Positions 13,311-28,507 are shown, numbered from the stretch's first letter. The stretch: DNA of 64,000 nt from Octopus vulgaris (GCA_951406725.2 OX597815.1:177320001-177384000), one strand, 5' to 3'. Notes: generated from the sequence alone by a model not told the origin. A program made the numbers and translations.

Positions 13311-14447
13311 ATATATATATACATACACCCATGTATATATGTGCATATAAATACCTACCTGTATGTGTGTATAAGTGTGTGTATGTGTGTGATAAGTATA
13401 AGTTTGTGTCCATGTGTATTTCTGAAGATGAATATTCATGTAAATTTTGCCAGTGCAAGAGCGAATGGAATGTAGAAGCGTTAAACGATATATATTTTAG
13501 AGAAATATGTAATATTAACACAGCTTTGAAGCCAGTGTTTCATTGATGGATATGTACATCCAGAAGGAACTAAACTCAACTATATATCTTACTATTTTAT
13601 AAACCGTTTACTATTACCCGCTCATTCCCCAGCAAAATGAACATTCGTCAAGTGGCACAGCTGCTACTTTAAAAAAAACTGACATTTCCTACTGTTTTTA
13701 TTATCAAATACGTCGCCATTGAATTTCCTACATCTGACATGTTTAAGCAAAAGAGCAGCCACAAATTTTAGTATGTCGTTATCTTTGTTCGCTTGACAGT
13801 GTATCGTATTTATTTTCGTTTTGTTCCTAAAACATCATATCAATTATAATTATTCAGATATGAAACCATTAGCTATAACTAAATATCAGCAAGTAATTTG
13901 AAAAGTTTGTGTCTTTTATTAATGACATTGGAAATTGCAGTTCATGATGGCAGGTAATGTTTAGATTCATTGTGTCTACTGGCAAACTATTTATGTGATT
14001 CCATTGCTATCATTTGATACGTGCCATCGGACAATGAATAGAGTTGCACAGATACGATATCATTAATTATCGAAAACCCGGAAATATACATAACATTTTT
14101 TCACTGAAATATGGTTAATGCCATATAATATTGGCATTAAATATTATAATTAAGTAGTACAGACAGCATTTAAACTGGAAATGCCTATAACCTATTTAAA
14201 TTACGGCAATATGATGTCTACCGAAATGGCACATATTAAAATAAAATTTTTCTCTGACGAATGTCAAATTATTGTTTTTATTTCTTTTCATTCATACATT
14301 TCAAAGATTCAGGTGTATACTGTACAGGAGATGCCCGAAAGTATGAACACTTTTATAAACTAACCGAACACTCAATGCAGTGAAATCATTTGAAAAGCAA
14401 ATACAGATTATCAAAGGCTTTGAAGAGTTCTGTAGAGGTACATAGAA

Positions 14448-14730
14448 TAGCCTAGTGGTTAGAGTCACGGACACGCGGTTGAAGGATCGCGGGATCGAAT
14501 CTCAGAACGAGCGATGTGTATGTTTATAAGCAAAACACCTAAGCCCCACGCGGCTCCGGCAGAGCGTAATGGCGAATTTCTGTTGACTCCTTCGTCACAA
14601 CTTTCACTCTTTCCTGCTGCATCTAGCAGCTCACCTGCTATGGACCGCGTTCACGTCCATGTGGGGAACCTATACGCCAAGGAAACCGGGAAACCGGTCC
14701 TTATGAGCCAGGTATGGCTCGAGAAGGAAC
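14448..14730 (+). mobile_element. tRNA-derived SINE family C
   Basis: A-box tagcctagtggttag and B-box gggatcgaatctc. Its head is homologous to the minus-strand copy at 35347-35632. Confidence 0.7.
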
Positions 14731-14869
14731 ACACAATAAGAGTTCCAAGGAACGAAATAGATAAGCAGGTTTTAGATACAGAAGTAAACAATGCCGTAAC
14801 TCTGCAAGAGAGACTTTTCGTGACTGCAGGGAAAATAACAAGCATTTCCACACAGGTCTGACTTTGAGG

Positions 14870-15175
14870 CAAGAAGTTTGCTTCTTAACCACGCAGTTCC
14901 GGCTTCAGTCCCGTTATGTGGCAACGTGGGCATCTTCTACTGTAGTGTCGGGTTAACTAAAGCCGTGGGAGTGGATTCGGTAGATGGAAACCGCACGAAG
15001 CTAAACACACACACGCACACATATTGCTGTGTAGTAAGAACCTTGCTTACGAACCACATTGTTCTGGGTTCAGTCCCACCGCGTAGCAGCTTGGGCAAGA
15101 GTTTTCTACTATAGTCTCGGACCGACCAAAGCCTTGTGAGTGGATTTGGTAAACGGAAACCGAAAGAAGGCTGTC

Positions 15176-15232
<57 letters not shown>

Positions 15233-15500
15233 TAGATATATGTGTGTGTGTGTGTGTATAGTGGTGCGCCTGTAGCCTTGTGTCTGTGTTTGTCACCAAG
15301 CCAACGCTTGACAGCCGATGTTGGTGTGTTTACGGCCCCGTAACTTAACGATCCTGCAAATAAACCGATAGAGTAAGTACTAGGTTTGCAAAGAATAAGT
15401 CCTGGGTTGATTTCTGCGACGAAAATCCATTTAAGGCGGTGCTCCAGCACAGCCGCAGTCAAATGACTGACACAAGTGAAAAATTAAAAATAATAAAAGA

Positions 15501-15572
<72 letters not shown>

Positions 15573-15795
15573 ATTTGTGTGGAGTGTGTGCGTGTGGATG
15601 TGGATGTGGATGTGTGTGCCTATTTTTGTACACTTCCATCGCTTGACAACCGCTGTTGATATGTTTACGTCACCGTAACTTAGCGTTTCGGCAAAATGGA
15701 CCGATAGTATAAGCACCACCTTTAAAAAAATAACTACTGGACTTGGTTTATTCGATTAAAAGTTCTTCGAGTCACTGCTCGAGCGTGGCTTCAGT
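14870..15795 (+). mobile_element. Cluster of SINE family B copies (partial 14870-15000, full 15025-15500, 3' half 15620-15795)
   Basis: Repeated gggttcagtccc...ttgggcaag...ggatttggta..ggaaac, a central (TA)n/(TG)n, and the tail taaggcggtgctccagcac..ccgcagtcaaatgactga. Confidence 0.8.
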
Positions 15796-16679
15796 TAATC
15801 ATGTCTATGTTAATTAATTTCATTTAATGAATGTTTATTCCACTTTCGGTGTGATGCGAGACGAAAGAATTTCGGGTTTCTCAGAAGTCATGTTTCGGTT
15901 TTCTGTGCACAGCGCCTAACGATGTAGACATTATGAATTACATAAATGCATCTCTGACAAACTCTGCGCACATTCACGCTCGTATTGTTAATATTTTATT
16001 CATTTCTTAACCTCTCTGCTCATTTTCCTATTTCTCCGCGTAATATCTATTCTATAAAATTCTTTCCTTTAATTATGCATATTTGCCTCTCTGTAACAGA
16101 AGTACCATGATTCGACTCTTCAATGCAAACATCTCAGTGCATTTTGCAACTCTCTGTCTCCCTTATAATATATATTTATACGTGTGTGAAACTTTGCGTG
16201 TGTGTCTTTCTGTCTATATGCGTATATATAATACATCGAATGCACAACCTCCTACCACATAATGATCAAGCTTTGGCTTTCTCCATCTGTAAATATATAT
16301 GTCAGCTATGATCTCCGGTCAAAAGAAACTTAATAATTTCTAACTGTTAAATTGTGGCACCTGATGGTATTTGATATTCTGAAAGACTACTGGATACATA
16401 TATACTAAAATCTCATAAACTCGCCCCATATGAACTTCAATATAATTATAAATATAGCAAATCTATTCCGGAATCGAATGCTATTTCATTTCCAAGATTT
16501 TATAAGTATCATGAGATATTTTAACAGAAGTTATATTAAAGTTTCCTACTTCTGCCGAAACTATTTGCTGCTGCACTTAGCCATTACCTGCAGAATACCT
16601 GAACATTTTATTATTGTGATGATGCGAACTTTTGCAATATTCTGTCAATTTGTTTCCTTTATTCAACAAGTTAGAAAAA

Positions 16680-17450
16680 AAAGTAGAGGCCATTGCATTG
16701 TACCGTCGGAAGCCATCTGTCTACCAATTCGTTGATCCTACACTGAAAGTAGTTATTGTCCATCCTTCACTGAAATCTTTTAATTCCTCTTAGTTGATGA
16801 AGCGTTGCAAGCGCAGGAATGGAACCAAGGATCGGAACAAATAATAATCTGAAGAATCTAAGCCCGGGCGATATGCTGGTTGTGGTGTCAGCTCGATCCT
16901 CTCTCAAGTTACTGGAGTTCAGTCCAGGTCGTTCAAGCAGCCGTCTTACGTTCTTTTGCCGTTGAAGAGCACATTTAACCAATGCCGGGTGTTTCTTCCG
17001 CACAACGGCATTCATTCACTCCATTTGGAGTACCAGTTGGCATCGGTGGTTTAACTGTTAGAAATAAACGAATTTTAGGTAAATTATTCCCTCATAATTC
17101 CACCACACGAGGAGTCCCGCCTTGTTTTCGACACACCCGCATTTGGCGACTGGTTCCAGAAGCTGGTCCCTTACTTAACCACTGCTTGTGCATGTTAGGA
17201 TTTCAGAAAAATATCTTCCTCGGATTATTAATCGTTCCGATCCATGGCTCACTTCCACTTCATCAACCAAGTGAAGTTCGAAATTCCAGTGAAAGAATAC
17301 TTCGTTTCGAAGGACAAGAACTAGTACCATTGTGAGACCAAAGTAGGTGAAGAAAAGTTGCATCCGAGGGTGTAGTGCGAACACCTCTACTGGGAGTGCG
17401 GTTTAAGCTATAACTTGAGAATAAAGCAAAGAAGTTACGAAAATATTGCA
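16680..17450 (-). pseudogene. Mariner (DD34D-type) transposase fossil
   Basis: Minus-strand frames give LLVWWNYEGIIY, NAVVRKKHPALV, IELTPQPAY..DSSDYYLFRSL, and RINELVDRW..VQCNGLYF. These match mariner CVWW/HPPYSPDLAPSDY/LVERW motifs, with frameshifts and stops. Confidence 0.8.
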
Positions 17451-17529
17451 CAACTTTTGACTCAACCCAATATTACGGATGCCATCGGTCCTTTTACTTT
17501 CTGCAGATTTTTTTAGATATAAATTTTCA

Positions 17530-18104
17530 TTTCTACTCTAAGCACAAGGCCCCAAATTTGGGGGAGGGTACGCGTCGATTAGGTCGACTCTAGTACGCAA
17601 CTGGTACTTAATTTATCGACCCCGAAATGAGGAAAAGTAAAGTCGACCTCGGCGGAATTTGAACTCAGAACGTAAAGACAGTCGAAATACTTATTTCTTT
17701 GCTACCCAAAAGGGGCTACACACAGAGGGGACAAACAAGGACAGAAAAACGGATTAAGTCGATTATATCGACCCCAGTGCGTAACTGGTACTTATTTAAT
17801 CGACCCCGAAAAGATGAAAGGCAAAGTCGACCTCAGCGGAATTTGAACTCAGAATGCAGCGACAAACGAAATACCTATTTATTTACTACCCACAAGGGGG
17901 CTAAACACAGAGAGGACAAACAAGGACAAGTAAATGGATTAAGTCGATTATATCGACCCCAGTGCGTAACTGGTACTTATTTAATCGATCCCGAAAGGAT
18001 GAAAGGCAAAGTCGACCTCGGGGGAATTTGAACTCAGAACGTAACGGCAGGCGAAATACAGTTACGCATTTCGCCCGCCGTGCTAACGTTTCTGTTAGGT
18101 CGCC
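17530..18104 (-). mobile_element. SINE family A trimer (one head, three about 184-bp B-box/core units)
   Basis: The unit aagtcgacctc..ggaatttgaactcagaa...gaaatac repeats, ending at about 17690, 17874 and 18059. Confidence 0.85.
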
Positions 18105-18361
18105 ACTTTTTTTTAGATATAAATTACCGAAGTACAATTGATCATTGGATCGATAGCCAATTCTTATATCGGATCTACAGGACGCTGCTTCCAGTAAAAT
18201 TACTACACACATTAATATTCATTAGTCAGCATGAAGAGGAAATAAGAGGAAGAGCACCCAATTGTACACAGGCAACGCTAGAGCTGACTACAAATTTTAA
18301 ACTTGCTTAACAGAAAAATATGCTACCCTGCTGCAAGAGTATAGTAGGCTAAATATTGGTT

Positions 18362-18545
18362 TCTCATTCTGGCACAAGGTTAGCAATTACATCGGAGTGG
18401 GTAAGTTGATTAGAGCGACCCCACGATTCAGCTGGTAATTTTTCATCAACCTTGAAAGAATGAAAGTCGAAATCAAACACGGTGACTTTTGAACTCAGAA
18501 CGTAGAGACGGACGAAATGCCGGGAAGCATTTTCTCCGCTGTGCC
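18362..18545 (-). mobile_element. Decayed SINE family A
   Basis: ggcacaagg...gaatgaaagtcgaaatc...tttgaactcagaacgtagagacggacgaaatgcc. Confidence 0.65.
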
Positions 18546-19734
18546 ACCTCAAGGCTAATTATTAACAATGAATTCTTTTGCACATGCTTCCATAAGAAGA
18601 CGTAAAATTTCAAAAACTACAAAATAAGATGCAACTGAATTTAAACACGATAACAATTTTGACGATAAACTGTGACGCACGATCGATCTCCAGACGTAGA
18701 GCCTGATTTTCAACCATTTGCGTTTCTTCCATTTACTTAATGAAGCCATTCTCCATTTTCCACCTAATACATATTCTAGATTTCTTTTGCCTCCTTATTC
18801 CCAAAGTCCCAACTCAGCTTAGCGTTGGCGTTGGTAAAAAGAAAACAAACATCGTACTTTCCCTCTACAATACTTGTGAATAATCATTGATTTCGAATTA
18901 ACCCGTTTCCCAATTATCACGAAAATAATTTCCGTGCTTCATAAAAATTCTGCATGGTGATCTGTTCTGACAAAAAATACATTTAGAAATACTGGAAAAT
19001 ATGTGAGTTTAACATAACAACATATATAATTACATGATTGCATGATATTGTGAACATATAACCGTGTTACGTACTGCAATAATGTGCCATAATTCTTCTC
19101 ATTTCTTTTCATCATTTTTTATGTTTTTACTATTTAATATCCATTTATATTTATTTTTATAGAAACTTATTTAGTTTATTTTATATGAAGAAGCATACAT
19201 TAGTGTCAGTAAACGTCATCTATAATATTTATCATCAGGGAAATTATTTGCAGAAACGTGTAGAAACGGAGCGAACACAAATATTCAACCGTGATGTTTT
19301 ACAATTTGACAACTTACAAGTCACTGTCAGATTTAGATGGAATTCCAAAGTCAACCAGAACGTAACCATATAAAAGCATCCTCTACCTCCACACCAGATG
19401 CATGGCTTTCTAAATTATAATTGTAATACTTATGTATTTTACTTATTTTAGAAACCATGGTTACCCAGCTGCATTTCTCTCTCTATAACCACCGATATAT
19501 TCTGAATAGGAAGTAATTCACAGTGCATTTCTTAACTCGTGTGAGGAAAGCTGAAGTAAAATTCAAATAAGCAGGTGTTTAATGTTCCTTCTTGTAATCG
19601 TGTGCAGATACGTCAAAGTATTATGCATGTATGTATACATACGACTCAAGTAACTCCACCTACAAACCACACACACACACACAAAATGCAACAATCTCAT
19701 TCTCCACAGGTTCATACCTTTCAAGCCTTATCTT

Positions 19735-19890
19735 AATCTCCTCATGCTTCCATTCTCTTTCCTTGAAACCTCGAACAACCACTCTGCACTCATCCAACTC
19801 GGTCTTCTGGCTCCCTCTCCCAGTCAACAACTGAAATTTCTTCTGTGTCAGAGCAATTCTGAGGCAATCCTTGAACCTCATGTTAGAGTA
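19735..19890 (-). pseudogene. RTE-clade LINE 3' fragment
   Basis: MRFKDCLR...DWERE.EDR.G...HEEIK resembles the RTE ORF C-terminus (RFKD.LK...WE..A.DR..WR). Confidence 0.5.
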
Positions 19891-20339
19891 ATGTTCATTA
19901 TGTAATAGAATATGCAAGACTTTCACAAGTGTCATGCAAGTGCCTTACGTTGCATCAACATTACCTCATTTCAATTATTATTTCGAGCAATGACTTTCCT
20001 CGAATACGAGACAGCAGCTAAGATGTATGCATATATATAAACGATGTATATAGGGAGGAGAATAAATGAGATATGTTTTGGTAGAAGAGAGTAAAGGGAT
20101 ATGTATTCATATTATTCGTCGTATTTATAGTTGCGAGCCTAAATATGCTAGTGTCCGAGGGGCATGGAGAAGCAGTTTGTTTGTGGTGGTGTGCCATACG
20201 AGTATGTGCATTTATATCTGTGTATGGACATGTATTCGTTTGACTGAGTGTGTATATGCGTGTATAGGTGCAAGTATTAAATGTTCACGGCTCAGTATGA
20301 GAGAGTTTGTGCTTAAGGAAGTCTAATAATGCCGTTACA

Positions 20340-21065
20340 TAAGTTAAGTTAAGTTAAGTTAAGTTAATATTTTGGCTCAAAAAGCAAAAAGCAAGGCCAT
20401 GTAGGGGGGCATGGAGTTATGTACAGGGTGGTGTTCATTCAAAGAGTTCAGGTCATTTCTGGTCAAGAGAGACTTTGAACCGAGCGGTCGTTGGCATCTT
20501 CAATATCTCGTCCGGCAGCTTATTCCACGGATTCGCAACCCGGACGGAGAAAGCCCCTCTCCTTCGATTGATATGTAATCGTCGCAGATAGAGCTTTTCG
20601 GAGTGACCCCGCAGCCGACGCTCTGGAGCAGGAGTGAAGAACAGCTCTTTCGAGAGGTTACACTTTCCGTTTATGATGTTGTGAGCAAGAATGAGATCAC
20701 CACGGCGTCGTCGTTTTTCTAGAGAATAAAGGTCGAGCGTCTTCAGCCTTTCTTCATAAGACAAATGCTTGAGACCAAGAACCATGCGGGTAGCCAGATT
20801 CTGGACTCTTTCGAGATGATGTATGTCTTTGAGGAGATAAGGAGAAGAGGCTTGAATCCCGTACTCCAATATGGGTCTCACCAGCGTGACATAGAGCGGT
20901 AGGAATATGGCTGCTGTGAGCATTCCGAATGACCGTCGAATCAAAAACACAACTCCGCGTGCTTTGTTGGCAGCATGGACGCACTGGGCCGAAGGCGAAA
21001 AGGAAGAATCCACCAAGATACCCAGGTCCTTTACCTGGTCGGTCCTCTCCAGCAGTAGACGACTC
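20340..21065 (-). mobile_element. Young 5'-truncated CR1-clade LINE; RT C-terminal ORF at 20453-21016; (AACTT)n tail
   Basis: Uninterrupted 187-aa frame LYVTLVRPILEYG...LERVQNLATRMV.GLKHLSYEERLKTLDLYSLEKRRRRGDLI...FSVRVANPWNKLP. The short-repeat tail is at 20340-20367. Confidence 0.9.
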
Positions 21066-21519
21066 GGCTATGTATGCATAATGCATATTATGCCTTGAAA
21101 TCATATGTAGTACTTATTCACATATTCTATTCCATACACCTACGGTTATGTATAGAATGTGTATATGCGTGTGTGTGTGTGTTTGTTTGTGTATATGTTT
21201 GTATACATACATACATACATTCATATACATATATATGTGTGTGTGTGTGTGTGTGTGAATTTTTGTGTAAGTGTGTAGAAAGTTTCACATTGTCACACAC
21301 GTCTGCATACATTTGTATATTCCCAAAATTTGTCTAAATTATATCCACAACGATTAAACCAAACACGTTCAGGTTTTTCTCGATGAATATTATTTAAATC
21401 TCTCCTTTTTATTCCGTCTCTCAAAATTTCATTCTCATTTCCCCGTTTCCTTCGGTTTGCAATTCATTCTCCCTTACTGGCGCTCCTGTTTCTTTGTTTC
21501 CTTCTCTTCCGCCCACATA

Positions 21520-22100
21520 CATAATTATACGAAAACCTTTCTTAGTTTATGCCAAAATTAACCGAAGGCTATCGCATTGTTACCAACTTTACAGTTTTGA
21601 ATTCTTTGGAATCCATTGGGTCTCCAACGCACCGAATTCCATTAAAAGTACAAGACATTTTAATGGTAATGAGGAACTTAAAATTTCTTCGGTGATGCAA
21701 TGGAATTCAACCGCTGGATACAAAAGTAATCCTTTCAATTGTGAAGCCCATATTTTTGATTCATTCTTCTATGAGAGAAGACATTTTTATACCCTGGAAA
21801 CCTTTAACACAATCGAACTCAGAATTAATTTTCATTTGGAAAGACAGCAGTTCCTAGGCAAAACTCAGGTGTGTTATGTCCCTACATTTATCACAAGTAC
21901 AAATTGTATATACGGCTGGAATATAACTGAAGCAAAGTTGTCTTATTAACCGCTTTAACATCCACTTAATCACTTTGATTTTTCTCGTGGAAAATATGAA
22001 GCATTGTTGATAAGGAGGCTTCTGGTTTATAGTCAATAGTTAATAAGAAGGAGAGAAGATAATTAAGAGACATTGTGTTGAACAATGAGAAGTTTTCAAG
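21520..22100 (+). pseudogene. Helitron Pif1-like helicase C-terminal remnant
   Basis: Frame LNSLESIGSPTHRIPLKVQDILMVMRNLKFLR*CNG...EDIFIPWKPL, then FHLERQQF, matches Helitron FLNSL..G.PPH.L.LK.G...MLLRNL...LCNGTR...VFIPRIPL...F.FKRLQFP. Confidence 0.75.
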
Positions 22101-22184
22101 TGTTACGCGAATGTGTATATAGCATGTTGAAACAGTGTTAGAGAGGGTTCCATTCGATATGTACACACACGCATGCATATACAC

Positions 22185-22251
<67 letters not shown>

Positions 22252-22335
22252 TATATATATATGTATGTATGTATGTGTGTATGTATATCTATCAATCTGT
22301 CTATCTATCTATCAGTCTGTCTGTCTATCTATTTA

Positions 22336-22392
<57 letters not shown>

Positions 22393-22402
22393 ATATTATC
22401 TA

Positions 22403-22447
<45 letters not shown>

Positions 22448-22911
22448 CAGATATTTTATTCCACACGGGTAGAAATGAAGAAAAATAGAAATTGAAAATG
22501 CACTGGGAATATATAAATTCTTTTATTATATTTAAATATTTAACTGCTTTTAAAGTTTACACTGATTTTCAAAAGTTAAGGCAGAAAGACGTCAGTTAAT
22601 CTGCGACTACCTTGCTTGTGACTAGTCTTTGAAGCTTGTTCTATTTTTATAGGGAGTTCATGGCTCAAAGTAATATATGTTTTCAATAGGAATTGATTGG
22701 GAGAGGATAATCACATGACTGGTTTTAGAAATGTTTGTAGGTTCCCCGCTACGTCCGTGAGTTAGTATGAATTGACAATTTTCGGCGTCGTTAGTTAAGG
22801 GTGACACGGTTGAGTGAACAGGTCTAGGGAAAATATATAAAAAAAACAATGCACTGAATGTTTTGTGTGAAGTGCTGTAGAGAATGATCGCGTAATTAAG
22901 TTTAGGCCCGA

Positions 22912-23271
<360 letters not shown>

Positions 23272-24499
23272 TGATTAAACTTTTTCTCTATTCTCAACTT
23301 TGATTATTCTGCTTGTTTTATTTTCCTTCAGGAATATTGTAGGTAGAAATATGTTACACGATATTATTCCTAGATTGATTTGCTATTTGGAATGCAGAAA
23401 TGTATGTGCAGGGCTATTGATAAGTTTTCATGATATGTATTTAACCCTTATACACGACATACCAAATACGGGTGTTTCTAGTACAAACCTAGTATTCTCT
23501 CCAAAAGTATTGTGCAGTGACCGTAGCGATATATAGAGGTTATTTACATCGAAATCCTTAACGGTTGCTCAACCAAGCAAACGAGTAACACACGCAGAAT
23601 TCTTTCGTTATTCACGGAAAGTGGAGCAGCTTGTAGATTCAATACAAGATGAGTATAGAATCACTATTTTGACAAAGGTTTATTGGTTCAAAATATCTGA
23701 CGAAGAACATCGAGTTTTCTCTGCAGAATATTTATGTTAGTCTCGCTCTAAAAAATATCGATGATATCGATCTGACGCTGAATTACATTAGGTTTTCAAT
23801 TTTATTTCGTTTCACTCAGAACTATGCATGCGAACCAATGCTAGATGTAAGAGTTCGAAGGAAATAAATTTCAATCCAATATGATGGAAATATAATTGGA
23901 AAGCTAAAATAATTTTATGTGCTAATTTTTATTTGGCGATAGTAGCCATGACACTAGACTGAGCATAGTGTTCTCAATGCCATGATATCGTGTTTAAGAC
24001 CCAGTTGTCAATACTCTGTGTTGATTAATATGTTTTGCATGACATACTACGAAATTGTCCACTGTAGGACGAAACAATCTCTGAGATAATCGATAAACAA
24101 ATTGTCAGTTCTTAAAGTTTAAACTGAAATGCCTGATTGCACTCAGTTTTCTATGTTATCTTTAGATTTGAGTAATTTTCTCAAAATCCTTTCCACGGTC
24201 ATCAAAGAGAATGTCTGGGATGCTGTGGAAGGAAGAAGTGCGTATTATGGATTTACCATTTAGATATACATTTTAGATATATACACAATCAATGGCGGTC
24301 GAAATATTTCCACGAAACAATCAAATTCGTATGTATTTATATTTGCGCCGGCAATTTGTATCTCTCTGAGCATTTCCCTTTTCCATTTTGCCCCATTTCC
24401 CTGCTTATTTATTATCCTCAATCTCTCTCTTAGCACACACACACACACACATACATATATACGTACATATTCTCATGAATACATAAATGCATACACAAA

Positions 24500-24584
24500 T
24501 ACAAGTACATATATATATATATATGTGAATATACATATACATATATATATATATATGAATAAATATACATACATACATATATAT

Positions 24585-24635
<51 letters not shown>

Positions 24636-24694
24636 TGTATGTATGTCTGTATGTATGTATGTATGTATGTATCTATCTATCTATATATATATAA

Positions 24695-24782
<88 letters not shown>
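24500..24782. repeat. Compound (TA)n/(ATGT)n/(GATA)n microsatellite
   Basis: Directly visible. Confidence 0.9.
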
Positions 24783-27700
24783 TCTCCCTCTTTTTACATA
24801 TATGTATACACACGTTCGTGGATGTACACCATCAAATACGCATATATCCATTTTAAACAAACACTTCCTTTTTGATTCTTCTCTCTCTTGAAGTGACTCC
24901 TCTTTATAAATTTCTCCTAATTACAGAGTTCTTTATATTCGACTTGGTATTTAAGGCGGTTCATCTTAAGCATCATCTCCGCAAATAGAGCACTTAAGCT
25001 AAACTGTTGCACTCTTCTACCTTTCTTACGTCTATTGTATCCAATGTTGAAATTACAGACTGGAATAATTCAAAAGAATACTCATGAGACGGTGCAGCTT
25101 CATTCCGAACTTTAACGAACAATTGCATTAAATATAGCAGGCATTATTCACAAACAAATGCGAAGTCTTATAGACAAATGCAGTGTTTCCTCATATCTCT
25201 CCACCCCCAATGAGATATTCACTTCTCCCCCGTATTTATAAATTTCATATTTCCAGTTTCTCGAAACGAAGGTGTATCAGAGGAAGATGTATTTTCCAAC
25301 TCGTAAAAAACAATTGTAATACAATATTTTCATTAGAGAGATCGATCAGCAGATTAATATTGGGTGTAAAAAATAAATGCTGCCGCTTGTATGTAATATG
25401 AGTTATTTATGTAACGGTATTCTCCGATCCCTAGGCAGTGGATATGGAGATGATAAATCAAAATATGATTTAATGAATGAAGATTTAATGAATGAAGAAG
25501 GAAATAGTTAAATGGGAATGAATTTTATAATAACATAAAAAGATAGCATTCAATTTTCGTTTAGCAAGCACAGGTAACAAATAAGGATATACTTCCGCCT
25601 GTATTTTCCACATCTTCACAATTGCATACTTTACCGCACACCAAAACGTTACCTTGCAGATACTCGCTCCCCTTTCGATTTTCATGCGCAAAGCATCTAA
25701 ATATTTAATATATCCTTCTGGTTCTTGAAATATTATATTTCTATTTCTTTACTTTAATGGTTTGCGTTTATAGATTTAGGAGGTTTCACAATTGAGAAAT
25801 GAGTCTTCAATATATCTCTGTTTAACAATGTTGACTTCAGCAATTTCGGGGAAAATAAATTAATATTTTAGTATATAAAGATTTAGTGACAGGGCAGCCA
25901 CACTTAATGTTCTGGTAAGGCTAAATTAGTCAAATTCTTAAACATATATTTACGCAAACATTAGACATACAGAATGCTGTGGTGTTAATCACTTCCCTGA
26001 TATAAGAAGTCTTATGAGATGACGTTCAAACAAAGTTCGTCTCAAAACTCTAATTAATCACATGCCACTCTAGCAACATGGGGGAGGTTAAGGGATCAAC
26101 TTCTCGCAGTTGTCAACGCATATTTCTTCATTTCCCGCATTGTTTAACAGAATGAATTTCAATATCACAGATTTTTTTCTGAATCGCAAACTCTATGCAG
26201 CCTGTTTTAAAAGCAGAATATTTTGTTTGCAGGAATAAAATGAGACGAAATATTTTGTTTACCAGCTGCCATTCCCTTGAACCTTTATTATTTTTTTTTT
26301 TTTGGCGGGGTTATGGTTGTACGCACCGGGCTTTTTGTTTGGCTGGGATACTACTGTCACCAACATTTAGTAGCAAAGTTTGGAAGATTTTTCTCCATCG
26401 CTCAAATGCTCGAAGAGGATCGAGTATTCAGTGTGGAGCAAGTACTCGTAGTTGCTAGAAACCTATAACTTGGAACCAATGGAAACTGGAATGTAAAATG
26501 GTTAGGTGAATGAATGAGAATTTTTAGTACTGTTAGGACAAATTTTGTTTTAATAAAAGGCGAGGTAATCCGTAGGACAACACAATGATTTCACTATCGT
26601 TCATGAGAATGTCTAGCATGCATTGTGTGGTTGAAATATTGATGACTCCTATATTCTTCTTTTGTGTAAATCAAACTATTTTTCAAAAGTGGCAAGTTTA
26701 GTAGAGATGGTAGACCTTATTTATAAGAGAAGAAAGCGTTTCGGTTAAAGGAAGAATTAGAAACGTGTCGCCGGCCGGAATTGAAGGCAGATCTATGCAG
26801 TTATCTAATCCCGAAAGAAATAAGGTATAAATTAGTGGTGTACAAAAAAAATATTATATATCTGGCAATTTTCGTCCCAAATTTTACTTCAAAATTAAAC
26901 GGATTATGCTCCTAATACATTTCTACGCAACATTAATATAACTGAGGGTGATGAAGTCTTCGTTTCTTGAAATGCCAACCATAACTATTGAAATAGTCAT
27001 CATATTTCCATTAACAGCTATTACTTCCACGTTGTTATTACTTAAAGTTTTATATATACTAATATAATGTTTGTAGAATTGTACTTAATGATAATTCCTG
27101 GAATGATTTTTAATTAAAGGAATACTAATGAAAATTTAATGACAACAGTATTCCAACTATTTTTATAATCATAATATATTTATGGAAATCTTTATTTCGG
27201 TACATAAACAGGATAACAGTGTTTGTTTGCGTTGCTCTGTTCCGAATTTCTTCATAGAACAGATTCAGCTGCATTAAAATATGGACACAATAAGATAACC
27301 ACTCGTATTTCAGGGGATGACAAAATGGTTGAATATACAGATGTCTCATCACTCTGGTGAAAAGTGTCAATTTTCGGTAATGAGACGAAAGCCATTATTC
27401 GAGCTGGAAAAGTCATACCTTACACCGTAAACCTCGGAAAACATCCAGTGTAAGTGAGCCACAATAATTACTGAGAAGTTTTAATGACTTTGATCATCTT
27501 CGCTGACTTTATTGGAAAAATTTCGTTTAAAAAATACAGGTGATGCAATTTTTTATGTTTCTTCTCTTCTACTTATTGTTTATACGCGTATAAAAAGTTG
27601 ACCAAAATAAATTCCAAATATTTTGCCCGAATACGTTCAACTCTGCAGTCTATAACAATATATGTCATGGCAATAACTGCGATACGTTCATAATGTTGTC

Positions 27701-28108
27701 TCGTATGGCAATTGATAAACGTTCATGATTTCCTGTCGTGTTCTCAATCATCAATCTGATTCTGTAAGATAATAATTTTATTATTGGTCTCAGCATAATC
27801 ACCAAAGCCTCACAGTCTCTGCATGGTAACGATATTCTATGGCGAATGTAATAGCAACAGCTACGTTGCCTCTTTCTGTGATACAAATATCAAGAGAATA
27901 GCAAAGATAATTGAATGAAGTAAGAACGGTCGGATTTGGAAAGAAAACTCAGACCAACAATACTAATTATTATTATGCTTTTCAGTCCAAATGTCTTTCA
28001 AATGAAACTTATGTTTTATAGACGCAAAAACAACGTCGATGATATTGTACAGGTGGGGTTTGCGAATTCATAAAAAATTAAGTCCTGCATATGTAAGATA
28101 TACGATTA

Positions 28109-28507
28109 TCTTTATATATATAAGAGAAGTTGTGTGTCTGTCTCCTACGATTTAGATTCCTAACTACTCCCACATTTTGTGGTGCAGTTTAACCAAAACT
28201 GGGTATCTTATAGTCGTGATTCATATCGAGCCCTTCTGGGTATTAGCGCGCGTCTACAATGAGTCTACGATTAAAAAAAAAAATTACCATCATTTTTTTC
28301 CATTTTAATGCATTTTTGTTGCTATTATATAAAGGAAGTAACTCTCTAAAAATGTCTACGATGAGTCAACGATTTAAAAAAAAAATTACCATCATTTTAT
28401 TTCCATTTTTAATGCATTTTTTTGCTATTTTTTGGCTATAACTCTCTAAAAATGCTTATATAGTTATTTCCCTTACAAACCCGAGCAACGCCGGGCGATA
28501 CTGCTAG
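28109..28507 (+). mobile_element. Non-autonomous Helitron
   Basis: A|TC 5' end, subterminal hairpin cccgagcaacgccggg, 3' CTAG|T, no TSD. An internal duplication of about 90 bp is present. Confidence 0.85.

Noticed and set aside
17530-18104. Regularly spaced repeats resembling a CRISPR array
   Set aside because: The units are homologous over their full 184 bp, with no unique spacers and no cas genes, in a eukaryotic context.
25485-27430. Weak hAT-dimerisation-like (FW...YP.L..AKR) and mariner-like (ISGDDK.V.Y) motifs
   Set aside because: They are too degraded to support boundaries or family by eye.
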